A stretch of DNA of 64,000 bases from the human T2T-CHM13v2.0 reference genome, Homo sapiens. Both the position numbers and the translations under genes were made by a program. The stretch's first letter is position 1, and each line of letters begins with the position of its first letter. The notes beneath the pieces are model-generated. The model was not told where the DNA came from. It saw only the letters and a program-made list of their open reading frames with translations, and did no database searches. This document shows, piece after piece, positions 27,324-42,370 of the stretch. The stretch is from the NCBI RefSeq assembly GCF_009914755.1, contig NC_060932.1; one strand, given 5' to 3'.

Positions 27324-27529
27324 AGGAAAAAAAAGAACTATAATTAAAATGGAAAGAGAGATTCTAGCATTTTTGAATATACTAGCATTTGGTTTGAAAT
27401 GGGTTAACTTTCATCATCTTACTTGAAAGTAATACCTTCAGGTATCATGGCAAACTTTTGAAGACCTTATCACTGTTGCTAGTGGAAAATGGATACTTGA
27501 CAGAAATGATTATCCTAATTCTCCACTTT

Positions 27530-28860
27530 GCTTTTTGTAAGATAAAATTATTTTAGAATATTTTTACAGAAAAAATGCAAAGGTAATTGAGACACTTTCC
27601 TCATACTCCTCACTCAGGTTCCCCTAATGTCAGCATTTTACATTACCATGCTGTATTTGCCAAAACTGAGTAACCAGTGATGATACATTGTTATTAATTA
27701 AACTCCAAACTTTATTTTGGTTTCACTAGTTTTCCCATCAATGTCCTTTTTCTTTCCCCAGGTCCAATCCAGGGCATTGCATGGCATTGAGTTTTCATGT
27801 CTCCTTAGTCTCTGTTCTGGGACAGTTTCTCAGTCCCTTTCTTTTTATGACCTTGACAGCTTTGAGGAGTACTGCTCAGGTATTTTATAGAATGTCTGTC
27901 AATTTGGGTTTGTCTGGTGTGTTTTGTTATGATTAAACTAAGGTTATGGGTTTTTAGAAAGAATATCAGAGGTGAGGTGTCCTTCTCATTCTGTTATGTC
28001 CAGAAGTAATTGAGGTATCGGAAGAGGTATTTGATATCAACATGATACAACATAGTGATGCTAACTTTGATTACTTGGTTAAGACAGTGTTTGCCAGATT
28101 TCTATACTGTGAAATTACTACTATTTCCATTTCATACTCTATTCTTCTGAAGCCAGTTCACTAAATCCAGTCCATATTCAAGCTGGGGAGAGATTAAGTT
28201 CTACCTCCTGGAAAAGGAGAGAGTACCTACCTATAGTTTTAAGACTTATTCTTTAAGGAAAATGTATCCTTTCTCTACAATGTATATATTTACTCAATCA
28301 TTTAAAAATCATTATGGATTCATATTTATTTTATTCTTTGGGTAGTACGTCATTTGTTTCTTTTTTGCCTGAATTATTTCTGCTTTAGTCATTGGGAGCT
28401 CTTTGATGATGGCTCTTGTGTCCCTTTGACATGCTCCATGCTCTTGTTTTTTGAGCACTTCCTTACTTTCTGGTGCTACAGGAAGCTCCAGGATCATCTT
28501 GTACTTTCCCTCTTCTAGTCCTAGAATTAGTGAGTTCTCCAAGGAACCCTGGTTCTTTTTATTGCAGAATTCTTTTTAGAAACCAAGACCTGGGCACTGG
28601 GATGCTCATTGCTACTGGGGCTTACTGCTTCTAGGTTCTCTGAGCTGGCAGAACTACTAGATTATGCATACATATGACTTATGTATACTCATACCTTTAT
28701 AATTATTTCTATGTCTATCCACTTGTAGAACTATTAAGATAAATATTAGTTCATATTGTTGTCTCTGGTTCTAATCCTGTATTATGAGGTTCATTCTATT
28801 CTTCCCTTCTTATTCTCTCTTCCATAGTGAGAAACCTATCTCCCACTATCTACAATTCAT
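27530..28860 (-). mobile_element. L1MC/L1MD 3' end
   Basis: ttcccctaatgtcagcattttacattaccatg...gaccttgacagctttgaggagtactg...tagaaaccaagacctgggcactgg. Confidence 0.85.
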
Positions 28861-30284
28861 AGACATATAATGTTTGCTTTTTGAAATGGAGATGTAGGTT
28901 AGAATACCAAAATATACAAGCAGATTGAAGTAGTGTTTTGTGTGATCCATGGAAAATGTAATTCAACTTAAGAATTGTTAAAAATAATTCTGAAACTCTG
29001 CATTTGTAAAAGGCAAAAAAAATCTATCTCATAAGATTACTTGTGTTAATTTAAATGAGAAAACACATTTAAAGATTTTCATAAATAGTAAATTTGGAAT
29101 AAATACTGTCATTACTATTAATAATAAACGAAACTGTTGAAATGAAATTCTTTATAAATTTGTATTTTTAAAGCATAATTTTTTCCCTCTACATAAAAAC
29201 CTTACATTGGTTGAACAGGACCAAAGAACTGAGACCTTTGTTTAGAACCAACTGGAAATTGGCTTTGAGATCAAAGTGGTAGGTTGGCCAAGTTGGCTGA
29301 CAAGTACAAAAAAATGTGCTCTGGGTGAGATCATGATTCTACAGCTGTGCTGCTCTCGGTGGATCCCTCAAAGACTAGCAGGCCTGAGTATTATGTGAAA
29401 CCCAAAATGTATCACTAAACAGAAGTGCAGCGATCTCAATACAGAAGTTAGAGGAGCACTTGGAAAGTAAGCCCAGCACAGATGAAGACAGCTCAAGCAC
29501 AGCTTACTAAAGATAAAAAGAGGAGTCTTGTTTTTCCAAAATAGATTAAGGGTACTGTCTCCCACTCAGCAGTGTGCAAATGCAAAAAGCCAAAGATAAA
29601 AGAAAGATTAAAATATAACGACAGAAAATTAAAAACAAGAGCAAATAAGACAGAAAGGCTCAACCAACATCATCTCTTCTGCGAGTGACGCTATAAAGCC
29701 CCCACAGCCAGTAGAGTATAGAGATGTTACTCTTTACTGCTTTAGAAACACCAACCTTGGTGATTGTAAAGGTATAGTCAGTGGCCTACTGCTGCTAGGG
29801 TCTCTGGAACAGGCTGAGAATTGATGCAAAATGCAAATCCTTTCTTTAGTTTGTATCAGTAAGATCATACATATTTCTATGGATGTTCATTTTTACACAC
29901 AAGTCATTTTCAAGGAGCCTATTATGCTATGTAAGATGAGCACATCCTTAAAGTTCAGTATGGCTCCCATACAAAGCTGAGCAATGTTGAAGAGCTACAC
30001 TGTGCACATGCACAATCAGCTAGTTGGATTTTGCAACCGATTCATTTTCTGGAAGAACCATTCATTCCAAATACATTATTGGAGTTGTCTTAAATTGGCC
30101 ATGTTTTCCACTCACGGCTATTCCTACATTTTACTTACAAAAAATACTCACAAGTTATCTTCTTGACTAAAAGTTTAGTTTGAAATTACCTGGTTAATCC
30201 TGAAAAAAGAGTGTTGTGTGCTCACATAAACAATATTTGGAACCTGCAGTTTATGCTTCCTTATTATTTAAATAATTCATACCA

Positions 30285-30590
30285 ACCCAGGCAAGTGGCT
30301 CACGCCTGTAATCCCAGCACTTTGGGAAGTGGAGGATGGCTTGAGGCCAGGAGTTTGAGACCAGCCTAGGCAAAATAATGAGACCCTGTCACTACATAAA
30401 AAAAAAAAAAAAAAAAATAGCTGGTCATGGTGGCATGCCACTGTAGTCCTGGCTATTTGGGAGGCTGAGGTAGGAGGATTGAGCCAAGGAGTTGGAGAAT
30501 GCAGTGAGCTATTATCACACCACTGCACTTCAGCCTTGGCAACAGAGTAAAACCTTGTCTCTAAAAATAATAACATAAAATAAAAATAAA
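30285..30590 (+). mobile_element. AluJ with long central A-run
   Basis: ggaggatggcttgaggccaggagtttgagaccagcc; TSD attcatacc. Confidence 0.92.
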
Positions 30591-32360
30591 TTATTCATAC
30601 CCATATTGTTAAACCAGAAATACCTAATCGTTGCCAACATCCATTCTGTAACAAAACAAATGTGCATAGACAATGACATTTACTTGTCCCCTTCTAGATT
30701 ATTATTATTATTTTTTTAAGTGAAACGTGGTTTAGGGAAGACTGAGGGGCAGAAAGTAGTAAAGACTGAAGCCAGACTGGAAGTGGCAACTGTCAGTGTG
30801 AGTCTGAGCTCCCAATGAACAGTGCCCACAGTTATCATTGAAATCAGAGGTAGGCTAAGGGCGTGTGCTGGGGCAGCTGGACCGCTTGCTGCTGATGCAG
30901 AAGAACTGTTTTGTATCATTGTATTGAGCAGGAATGTTTCTACTTTAGCTGTTACTCTCTTGCCCCTTTGGGGATAATTTACTTATTTCATTCACACATC
31001 AAAGTAGCTAAAGATACCAATGTATAAAAAATAAGAAAAGTATCATGTGACATTCAGTAAGTCCTCATTTTTTGGATTATATGCCTTATCAATTTTAAAA
31101 AATTGAGAACTTAATCCAAATATATGTATATTTGGTTATTTATAAATTATATACAAGTATTTTAACACTGTTAAATTATATAAACTGCAATATAATATAT
31201 ATAGAATATAAATGTATACATAGATAGCAATGAAATACAATATATAATAATTTAATAAGTTTTAAATACATACAAATATAACTTTTAATCATGTTTTCAA
31301 CCTCAATATGTCATCGGACATACTCTTATTTTGGAGACTAAGAATTTTGAGATGTATGTAAACATCTTGTTTTTCCCCAGAATATGAGTCTGAAATAAGA
31401 AAATTGCGGCTGCACTGCTTAACTCCTGTTTCAAATTTGTTTGTACCTGGTTACTAAAAGCTACCAATAAATTTCATTTTACATGAAGCTCATTAATGTT
31501 ATAAGCTCCATGAATTTCTCTTAATTCCTTTATTTTCTGGTAATAATACACTGATAAAAGGAAGTATATTCTTATATTCATTAGATTTACTGTCTGCCCT
31601 GAAGCCAAGTCCATAACTCACTAATAAGGTTTGGAAAGACATTTTCCTCTTAATTTATAAATGAAATAAAAGCACACTCATTATATCCTTGCAATGCTGC
31701 CAATGTAGCCAAGTAATTAAATACTCAGTTCAGTTCTCAGAAGGAAGTTTTAGCAATTCCACACTCCTACTAGAAATATTTATAATATTCAAGCTTACAA
31801 GAGGTGAATTTCCATGATTTTATTTTAAAAAATTATGTGAGCAATGAACCTGCTTTATTCTCCATATATAAACACATCTTGTTTTATCTAATGACAAAAA
31901 TTGCTAAATGAGTTTCGTTTTTGTTTTTTCTTGTTTGTTTTTTTGTTTTGGCAGAGATCAACTGAAAACCATCAATTTACCTGATGGAAACTTGATAGGA
32001 AGTGTAATCTGACCTTGTTAATCATTCTGTAACCAGCTCCCAGGGAGATCTATTTCTTACCCAGTTCTTAATCCCAAGATTAGTATGCTTTTTTTCTTTG
32101 TTGTTCATACTGAGTTTTTCTGACTGTCTCGCCCTAGTCTGGTTTGTTTTTTAAATACTTTTTCCATCTGCTGGTATTTAACACTGCTATCACCATGATT
32201 TTTTCCAGAGCATCTCATTTTTAAAGGTTATTTAGGAAATGAACTATGTATCATATTTATCTTTTGATGTCTTTAACACTTTTTGGTTGTGAGAGAGAAT
32301 GAATGTTTACTCAACATATTCACAGAGCTTACTTTACCTTATTTTCAAACTGATAGTATA

Positions 32361-32379
32361 TGCTAGCAGATGGCAGGAT
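32361..32379 (+). promoter_or_regulatory. Candidate CTCF site
   Basis: gCTAGCAGATGGCAG vs consensus CCASYAGRKGGCRS, in non-repeat DNA; motif match only. Confidence 0.5.
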
Positions 32380-32544
32380 TTTCCAACATTTAGACACTAT
32401 TATTTAAAACATTCATGAAAGCATGAGCCTAAATTATGAAATTATATTTAAGTAAATTATAATAAAGCAAAATGTATATGAATTTAAAGCAAAAGTTCCA
32501 TATTGTTAGGCAAGAAAATTTAAAGAAAAAGTGGTGTGGGTGTA

Positions 32545-32915
32545 TGTGTGTATAATACTACTCAGCCACCAAAAAGAATGAAACCATGTATTTTGCAGTG
32601 ACATGGATAGAACTAGAGGCCATTATTTTAAATGAAGTAACTCAGAAACAGAAAGTCAAATACCACATGCTCTCACTTGTAAGTGGGAGCTACATAATGT
32701 GTACACATGGACATAGAGTATGGAATAATCATCACTGGGGACTCCGAAGGGTAGAAGAAGGGTGAAGGGTAAAAATTACTTAATGGGTTCAATGTAATTT
32801 GTATTTGGGTGATGGCTACACTAAAAGCCTAGACTTCACCAGTAGACAATATATCCATGTAACAAAACTGCACTTGTACCCTCTAAATGTATACACAGAA
32901 AAAATAATTTAATCT
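32545..32915 (+). mobile_element. L1MA 3' end
   Basis: aatactactcagccaccaaaaagaatgaaa...ctaaaagcctagacttcaccagtagacaatatatccatgtaacaaaactgcacttgtaccc. Confidence 0.9.
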
Positions 32916-33269
32916 GACATGAAATAAGGAGAAAGAAAATAAAAAGATATTGAGAGTCAGTGGTGGGCGGAGGCCTTTGAGGTTGTTGTAAAAGTATCTT
33001 ATTCCTTTTCTTTCTCTGTTGTTCCGTCCACCACAAGTTGTACACCGTGGCTCTTGCTTTTGGCCATCAATCCCCTGGAGAAGAGATATTAATGGGGAGG
33101 GTGGGCCCACCTTGGGGAATGACAGGACCACATACAGGAGAAGGAAGGCTGCTCTTGGATGTAATGGGCCAATAATAGACAAGTCACATTTATTACTTCC
33201 ATTCCTGAGCATCCTGCGAAACACTGGAAATTATATTGGTGGTGAATAGGTGATTAAAAACATGCAGGC

Positions 33270-33480
33270 TTTATCCAGACTACCTGATTGAATGCCAGCT
33301 TCATCGTCTACAGTTCAATAGTTTAGGGCAAGTTAGCAAGCCTTTCTGTGCCTCAGTTTCCTCCTCTGTAAAATGGGAGTAATAGGCATACTGATTGTAT
33401 AAGGTTGTTGAGGATTAAATTACTTAAATATCTGTAACTTATTATGAGTGCCTAGTATTTAAAAAATGATATGTGTATTA
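33270..33480 (+). mobile_element. MIR
   Basis: gggcaagttagcaagcctttctgtgcctcagtttcctcctctgtaaaatggg. Confidence 0.85.
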
Positions 33481-33569
33481 TCAAAAAACAGTACAATAAC
33501 TAAAAATTAATCCTTTCCTCGTCATTTCTTCTCTTCTCAGAGTAAAATACAAGGTCCATCCAATGGCCT

Positions 33570-34075
33570 GTCCCTTGCAATCTGTTCCCCATTCTTGTCT
33601 GATTTTGTTTCCTCTGTTCTGGTACTCAGTTAGGTTGCAGTTTCTAAGCCCCTTTGTATCATGTGAGGTTGTGTAACTGACTTCTGGCCATGGCATCTGG
33701 CTCATCACGATATACTTCTAGGCCCGGCAAACAGTCACCAACCGTTCTGGTTTGCTCAGGACTGTCCTGGTTTTAACACTGAAAGCCCCACATCCTGGGA
33801 GAACCCCTCAATGCTGAGAAAACAAGAACAGTTAGCCACCCCAACCCTGGCCTATTAAAATCTCTTGAAATCTTTCATATTCTTTTCTACTACCTGCTGG
33901 ATATCAATGTCCAGAGTGACCTTGAAAGTCACATGTTGACAATAACAGAACCACCATCAGCCTGGGCTTTTGAGTGAAGAGAGTTACTGCCTCTTCTCCC
34001 ACTGGACTTTATGTGAGCAAAAAACAGTTTCTGTTTTGATAAAGCACTAAGATTCCATTGCATTAACTTAACCAA
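33570..34075 (+). mobile_element. MLT1I/J-like LTR containing MER94 (about 33732-33842)
   Basis: LTR: ggactttatgtgagcaaaaaac; MER94: accaaccgttctggtttgctcaggactgtcctggttttaacactgaaagcccc. Confidence 0.7.
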
Positions 34076-34084
34076 TAAAATAAC

Positions 34085-34515
34085 TACCATGCTGGTCATT
34101 CTAGCCTCTCTCTTGTTCCTGCAACAAATTGAGAATTCACTAACTGTTTACTCTGCTCAGAATGTTCCTTTCCAGACATCTTCATGGCTAATTTCCTCAC
34201 CTCTGTCCATTTTTCACTTAACTCTTGTTTTCCATGGCACCTTCTTAACCAGTGTATTCAAAATAGCAGGCCATCTCCCTGCTCTCATCTCCTTATTCTT
34301 TTATTTTATTTTTTGCCATAGTGTCATCACTTTCTGATTTATACTGTATCATTTACTCTCATTTCTTATGTTCTTATTGTCTTGCCTCCCCCACTAGAAT
34401 AACTAGAATATAAGCTCCAGAGGGCTGAGAGCATTGTTTGCTCACTGTATATCTCAAAAGTCTAGAACATTGCCTGACACGTAACAGGCACTCTATACAC
34501 ATTCGTTAAATTAAT
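34085..34515 (+). mobile_element. L2a 3' end
   Basis: actagaatataagctccagagggc...tagaacattgcctgacacgtaacaggcactc. Confidence 0.85.
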
Positions 34516-35599
34516 TACTTTATTTCATTTTTGGAATTTATGGACTTTAACCCCACAAAGGGGTAACCCATCTCATAGAGCTTTTATGTAATGATTCCTT
34601 CCAACCATTTCCACAGTATTGTGATGAATTTTAGAAATTATGGACAGAACAATCCTGCTATTTACTATTTCATGAAAACCTTTATTCCTGGTTTGCGTCC
34701 AAATTTCTCCAAAACAGAGAATCTAAATTGAATATGTCTAAAATCAAATATTTAAGTCTATGGGTTTCTGGGCACTTGTAATCACCTTAATTACTGGTTA
34801 GACTTCACTGTGCCTCATATTTTGTTCTCTATCTTTTTAATGCTGGAGCATTAAAGCTATAGCAATAGATTACTATTGACATTTTATCTCTTTCTGCCTC
34901 TCTGTACTCCTATTAGTGCTTGAGTGTCTCAGCAAGTCTGGGTGTTTCAAAGAGTGTTAGAGACTTATCCAATATTTACCCTTATAAATTGTAAATTTGT
35001 ATGCAAGTAGGAGGCACAGAATCTTTGAGGAGGATGAAGGCACCTCAGAGTCAGTTGACTTTACTATTGTTTCATTATTTAAAAATAAAGAATGTATTTG
35101 TTGTATTTGGTTTCTTACTTAGAGCAGGTATTGTTTACCAGTGTTTTGTGGCAACGATCATAATGCAGAGATATAGAAGTCACAGTTTGTGTCTTCTTTT
35201 CATCTCATCAATAAATAGAACACAAGGTATCACTTGTTCTGTGGGCACTCTTTTCCATCCAAGGTTCCAGCTAATCAGGACTTGGAGTTGGCAGGAGTAG
35301 CATCCCTAAGTAGTTGCTTTCAGATTGCAGAGATCGTTTGTGTTCAGAGGAATGTTACCATGGAAAAGTCCTCCATCCACTGGTAGGATCAGTATGATTC
35401 TGGAAAAGATTAAACAACCCACCACTGTGTAAATCCACTGTTTATTTATATACCTCTGAGAACTGTTTCAGAACTGCTGTTATCATTGAAGGGTGCATAC
35501 TCACAAAAGCTGCCTAATGAGAGGTCAGTTTTGAATAACTAGTTACAGATGACCTGATCCAAAATCTTTCAGAATTAATTTTTTTAGAATTCATTGTGA

Positions 35600-36370
35600 A
35601 TTTATTTACCTATATTTTTTTTTCAATCAATTCCCAGATCGACCGTGAGTCTGGAACTGGGCTAGGTGTTGGGATGATGTAGCGAACCAGTCTCCATCCA
35701 TGACCTCAAGGAGCTTGCAGGCCAGTAATGATGGTAGAGATGAGTAAACAAGAGAATGTAATTCAAATGCCTTCACATGATGTGAAAAAGAAAAGTGCAG
35801 AGTATCCTAACTTAGGTTGGGCTTGTCAGAGACTGTTGAGGTCAGGCACTCAGTAGTCGAGATGACAGCGGGTATGGTGCACTAGGGGAACTGCAGACAG
35901 TCCACAGTGGCCGGTTGTTGTTGGAGAGGGAGTGAAGGAAATGTTACAAAGTGGGCAGAGACAGGGTGGGGCTAGGATTCTGTGTATTGCCAAGGAGTTT
36001 GAACCCCATTTTGAACATAAGGAGACTTATAAAGCTGTAAGCAGAGGAGTAACACTATCAAATGTGCCCTTCAGAAAGTTCAATCTTCTATAGCAAGGTG
36101 GAGCAATTTAAAATGATTAAAAGATGAACAGAAACAAAAACAGGAGACTGAGAGACCTATTTTGACAGGCTTTACTTGAAGAGGTTCAATGATGGTGGTA
36201 GTCCAAAAAGTCAACTAGTGGCGAAGACAATGCAGGAAAATAGAATATGGTCTCTATGTGTGAAATGATGCGGCCATTCAGCAAGGCAGGGAATGTTGGA
36301 AGAGTTAATGAAGTCAGTCTGGGAGACTTTAAAAATTGGAATTATTGGTAGGTCAACTGAAAGACGTCCA
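35600..36370 (-). mobile_element. L2 fragment
   Basis: gggctaggtgttggg...tgacctcaaggagcttgcag...ccaaggagtttgaac...taagcagaggagtaac. Confidence 0.65.
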
Positions 36371-36474
36371 AACTCTTTGTGTTGGCTTTCTATTTTTTAG
36401 TCTTGTTAAAAGTACAATTAGGAGAAAATTAGAAAAAGTCTAATGAGGAAGAAAGAATGATTTCTGTATTTTAG

Positions 36475-36630
36475 AGGCCTGCAAGTTTTTTGACTACGAC
36501 CCATAGTAAGGATTAAATTTTGCATCATTATACCCATAGACACAGATATGAAAACAAAAAAATTGATGTAGCAGTAATTACCCTTATTACATATAATGCA
36601 CTCTGGTATTTTCTATTCCTGTGCTATTTT
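36475..36630 (+). mobile_element. hAT-Charlie family MITE fragment (MER119-like)
   Basis: ttgactacgacccatagtaag...ttacccttattacatataatgcactctggtattttctattc. Confidence 0.5.
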
Positions 36631-37082
36631 ATTATCTCTCCATAATATGATACATTTAATGACTGTGAATATAGAAGTTCAACTTAACTAACAAAGAGTG
36701 CTTGAGGACATTTTGTTCCTTAGAGTGGAAGGCTTTACACGTAAAATCTGCTGGAAAAAAGACCTGGACTTTGAAATCAGACCTAGGTTCCATCCTGGAT
36801 TCAAAATTTATTAACTATGCTGCCTAAGGCAATCTACTTACCCTTCAGGGACTTGTGATCATGATACCAATTATCACTGATAAGCACCTTCTCCATACCA
36901 GGCATGGAGCAAGTCTACGCAACAAGTGAGGAATTAATTATAGGAATGTTGTTCTGAATAGGTAGGATGGACCCCCTAGAACAGGATCTGGCATATATTA
37001 GTTCAGAAATGAATGAATCAAATATACTTACATATGTATATATATAATCCTGATTTAAATTTATTCATTCAAAAATAAATGA

Positions 37083-38330
<1,248 letters not shown>

Positions 38331-38379
38331 TGGTGGTAAATGCTTTCACAGTAAGTTGTTTGCTCATTAATTTACTTAC

Positions 38380-41306
38380 TTTTAATTATTTTTAAAAAAT
38401 TAGACTTAGTGGGTACACATGCAGGTTATTACAGGAGTAAATTGTGTGATGCTGGGATCTGGGCTTCAATTAAACCCATCACTCAAATAGTGAACAGAGT
38501 ACCCAAGGAGGTTTTTAACTCTTTCCCTCTCCCTCCCTCCCCACTTTTTAGAGTCCTCAGTGTCTTCTATTCCCATCTTTACATCCATGTGTACCCAATG
38601 TGTAGCTCCCACTTGTAAGTGAGAACATGCAGTATTTGGTTTTCTGTTTCTGTGTTAATTCTTTTACGATGATAGCCTCCAACTGTGTCCATGTTGCTGC
38701 AAAGGACATGATTTTGTTCTTTTTATGGCTGCATAGTATTCCATGTTGTATATGTACCACATTTTCTTTATCCAATTTCACTACTGATAGGCACCTGGAT
38801 TGATTCCATGTCTTCGGTATTGTGAATAGTGCTATGAAAAGGATACAACTGCATGTGTCTTTTTGTAGAACAATTTATTTTCCTTTGTGTATATGCTCAG
38901 TAATGGGATCACTCGGTCAAATGGCAATTCTGTTTTTAGTTATTTGAGAAGTCTCCAGACTGCTTTTCACACGGGCTGAACTAATTTACAATCCCACCAA
39001 CGGCTGATGAGCATTCTCTTTTCTTTGCAACTTTGCCAACATCTGTTATTTTTAGGCTTTTTAGCAATTGCCATTCTGACTGGTGTGAGATGGTACCTCA
39101 TTGTGGTTTTGATTTGGGTTTCTCTAATCATTAGTGATGTTGAGCATTTTTTCATATGTTTGTTGGCCACTTGTATATCTTCTTTTAAGAAGTATATGTT
39201 CATATTCTTTGCCTACTTTTTAATGTGGTTATTTGTTTTTTGCGTATAAATTTGTTTAAATTCCTTATAGATTCTGAGTACAGTCCTTTGTCAGATACAT
39301 AGTTTGTGAATATTTTCTCCCATTTCGTAGGCTATTTATTCTTTTGATAGTTTCTTTTGCTGTGCAGAAGCTCTTTAATTAGGTCCCACTTGTCAATATT
39401 TATTTTTGTTGCATTAGTTTTTGAGGACTTAATCACAACATACTTGCATAGGGTGATCGTAAGAAGTGTATTTCCTAGTTTTCTTCTAGGATTTTTATAG
39501 TTTGAGGTATTACATTTAAGTCTTCGACCCATCTTGAGTTATTTTTGGATATGGTAAGAAGTAGAAGTCTAGTTTCATTCTTCTTCATGTGGTTAGCCAG
39601 TTATTCCAACACCATTAATTGATTAGGGAGTTCTCACCCCATTGTTTATTTTTGTCAACTTCATCAAAGATCAGTTGAGTTTAGGTATACAGCTTTATTT
39701 CTGGGTTCTTTATTCTGTTCCATATTCTATGTGTCTATTTTTATACTACTATTATGCTGTTTTGTTACTGCAGCCTTTAGTATAGTTGGGTAATACAATG
39801 CCTCCAGCTTGTTCTATTTGATTAGGATTGCTTTGGCTATTTGGGCTTTATTTTGGATTCCATATTAATTTTAGAATAGTGTTTTTCTAATTCTGCGTAG
39901 AATGATGTTGGTAATTTGACAGGAATTGCATTGAGTCTGTATGTTGCTTTGGGCAGTATGGACATTTTAACGGTATTAATTCTTCCAATCCACAAACATG
40001 GAATGTTTTTCCATTTGTTTGTGTTGTTTATGATTTCTTTCAACAGTGTTTCGTAGTTCTCCTTGTAGAGATCTTTCACCCCCTTGGCTAGACATATTCC
40101 TAGGTATTTTATTCTTTTTGCGGCTATTGTAAATGAGATTATATTCTTGATTTAGTTCTCAGGATAAATGTTATTGGCATTTAGAAATGTTACTGATTTT
40201 TGTAAATTAATTTTGTATCCTGCAACTTTACTATAATCATTTATTAGATCCAGAAATTTTTTGGTGGAATATTTAGGATTTTCTAGATATAAAATCATAT
40301 CATCAGCAAAGAGAAACAATTTGACTTCCTCTTTTCCTTTGGGGATGTCTTTTATTTCCTTCCCTTGCCTGATTGCTCTGCCTAGGATTTCCAGTACTAC
40401 GTTGAATAAGTACAAGGTTGAAAGTGGACAACCTTGTCTTTTTCAAGTTCTTAGGGGAAATACTTACAACTTTTCCCTGTTTAGTGTGATGTTGGCTGTG
40501 GGTTTGTCATCAGTGGCTCTTATTATTTTAAGGTATGTTCGTTCATACCTAGTTTATTGAGGATTTTTATCTTGTAGAGATGTTAGATTTCATTGAAATC
40601 TTTTTCTGTGCCTATTGAGATGATCATACGGTTTTTGTTTTTCATTCTGTTTGTATGGTGAATCACATTTGTTGATTTGCTTATTTGGAACCAATGGTGT
40701 ATCCCAGGAATAAAGCCCACTTGATCGTGGTGGATTATCTCTCAGCTGTGTGACTAGATTTGTTTTGTTAGTCTTTTGTTGAGAATGTTTGCATCTGTGT
40801 TCATCAGGAAGACTGACTTGTAGTTTTCTTTTTTTTGTTGTCTCTTTGACTAATTTTAGAATCAGGATGATGCTCACTTTGTAGAATGAGTTAGGGAGGA
40901 ATCCCTCCTCCTAAATTTTTTGTAATAGTTTCAGTAGGATTAGTCCCAGCTTTTCCTTGTATGTCTGATAGAATTCTGCTATGAATCCATGTGGTGCAGG
41001 GCTTTTTTTGTTTGGTAGGTTTCTTATTACTGAATCAGTTTAGTACATGTTATTGATCTGTTCAGGGTTTCAATTTCTTCATAATTAAATTTTAAGAGGT
41101 TGTATGTTTCCAGAATTCAGCTATTTCCTCTAGATTTTCTAGTTTGTGCTCATGGAGACGCTCATCATAATCTCTGAGGATCTTTTGTATTTTTGTGCGA
41201 TTGGTTATGATGTCACCTTTGTCATTTCTGATTGTGCTTATTTGGAACTTTTCTCCTTTTTTCTTTGCTTCTTTAGCTAGCGGTCTATCAATCTTGTTTA
41301 TTCTTC

Positions 41307-41361
<55 letters not shown>

Positions 41362-41900
41362 CTTTTTGTTTTGTTGAGCCTTTGTATGTTTTTTTGGTCT
41401 TATTTTCATTTAGTTGTGCTCTGATTTTAATTATTTCTTTTCTCCTACAGCTTTGGGTTTAGTTTGTTCTTGCTTTTCTAGTTCCTTTAGGTGTAATGTT
41501 AGATTTTTAACTTCAGATCTTTCTATCTTCTTGATGTAGGCATTTAGTGCTGTAAACTTTCCTCTTAACACTGCTTTTGCTGCATCCCAGAGGTTTTGAT
41601 ATGTTGTGTTTCTATTTTCATTTGTTCAAGGAATTTTTTCATTTCTGCCTTAATTTTATTTGTTTACCCAGAAGTTATTCAGGAGCAAATTTTTTGGTTT
41701 CTATATATTTGTGTGATTTTGAGAGTTCCTCTTGCTATTGATTTATATTTTTATTCCACTGTAGTCTGAAAAGATGCTTGGTCTGATTTCAATTTATTTG
41801 AATTTGTTGAGACTTGCTTTATGACTGAGCATATGTCTAATTTTAGAATATGTTCTGTGTGCTGAGAATAATGTATATTCTGTGGTTGTTGGTTGAAGTA
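38380..41900 (-). mobile_element. L1PA16-like, 5'-truncated, ORF2 disrupted
   Basis: Minus ORFs give ORF2 peptides ([44 protein letters not shown]). Confidence 0.93.
41310..41359. repeat. (CA)n microsatellite
   Basis: About 25 uninterrupted AC units inside the L1. Confidence 0.98.
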
Positions 41901-41989
41901 TGAAAATGTTTTCTAAAATTGCTGAAGCAATATGCCACACACACACCACCACCAGGAAATTATGAGTTTTCATTGTTTCATATCCTTAG

Positions 41990-42370
41990 TGTTATGGATT
42001 GACTGTGTCCCCTAGAATTCATATGTTGAAGTACCAATCCCCAGTGTGACTGTAATTGGAGACAGGACCTTTAGGAGGTGATTAAGGTTAAATGAAGTCA
42101 TAAGGAAGGGGACCCTAACCTGATAGGACTGATATCTTTATAGAAAGAGGAATAGGCCCTGGATACCACTCTCCTCAAGTGCACACAGAGGAAATGCCAT
42201 GTGATGATACAGTGGGTGGGTAGCCATTTGCAAGCCAGGATGGTGGGCCTCATAAGAAACCAACCCTGCCTGCAGCTTGATTTTGTACTATCAGCTTCTA
42301 GAGCTGTGAGAAAATAAATGTCCACCCAATCTATAGTAATTTGTTATGGCAGCCCTAGCAAAGAAATACA
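41990..42370 (+). mobile_element. MLT1A-like solo LTR
   Basis: tgttatggattgactgtgtcccctagaattcatatgttgaag...ttgttatggcagccctagcaaagaaataca. Confidence 0.9.

Noticed and set aside
31100-31300. Very AT-rich stretch as a structured element
   Set aside because: Low-complexity TA-rich sequence without a clear periodic unit.
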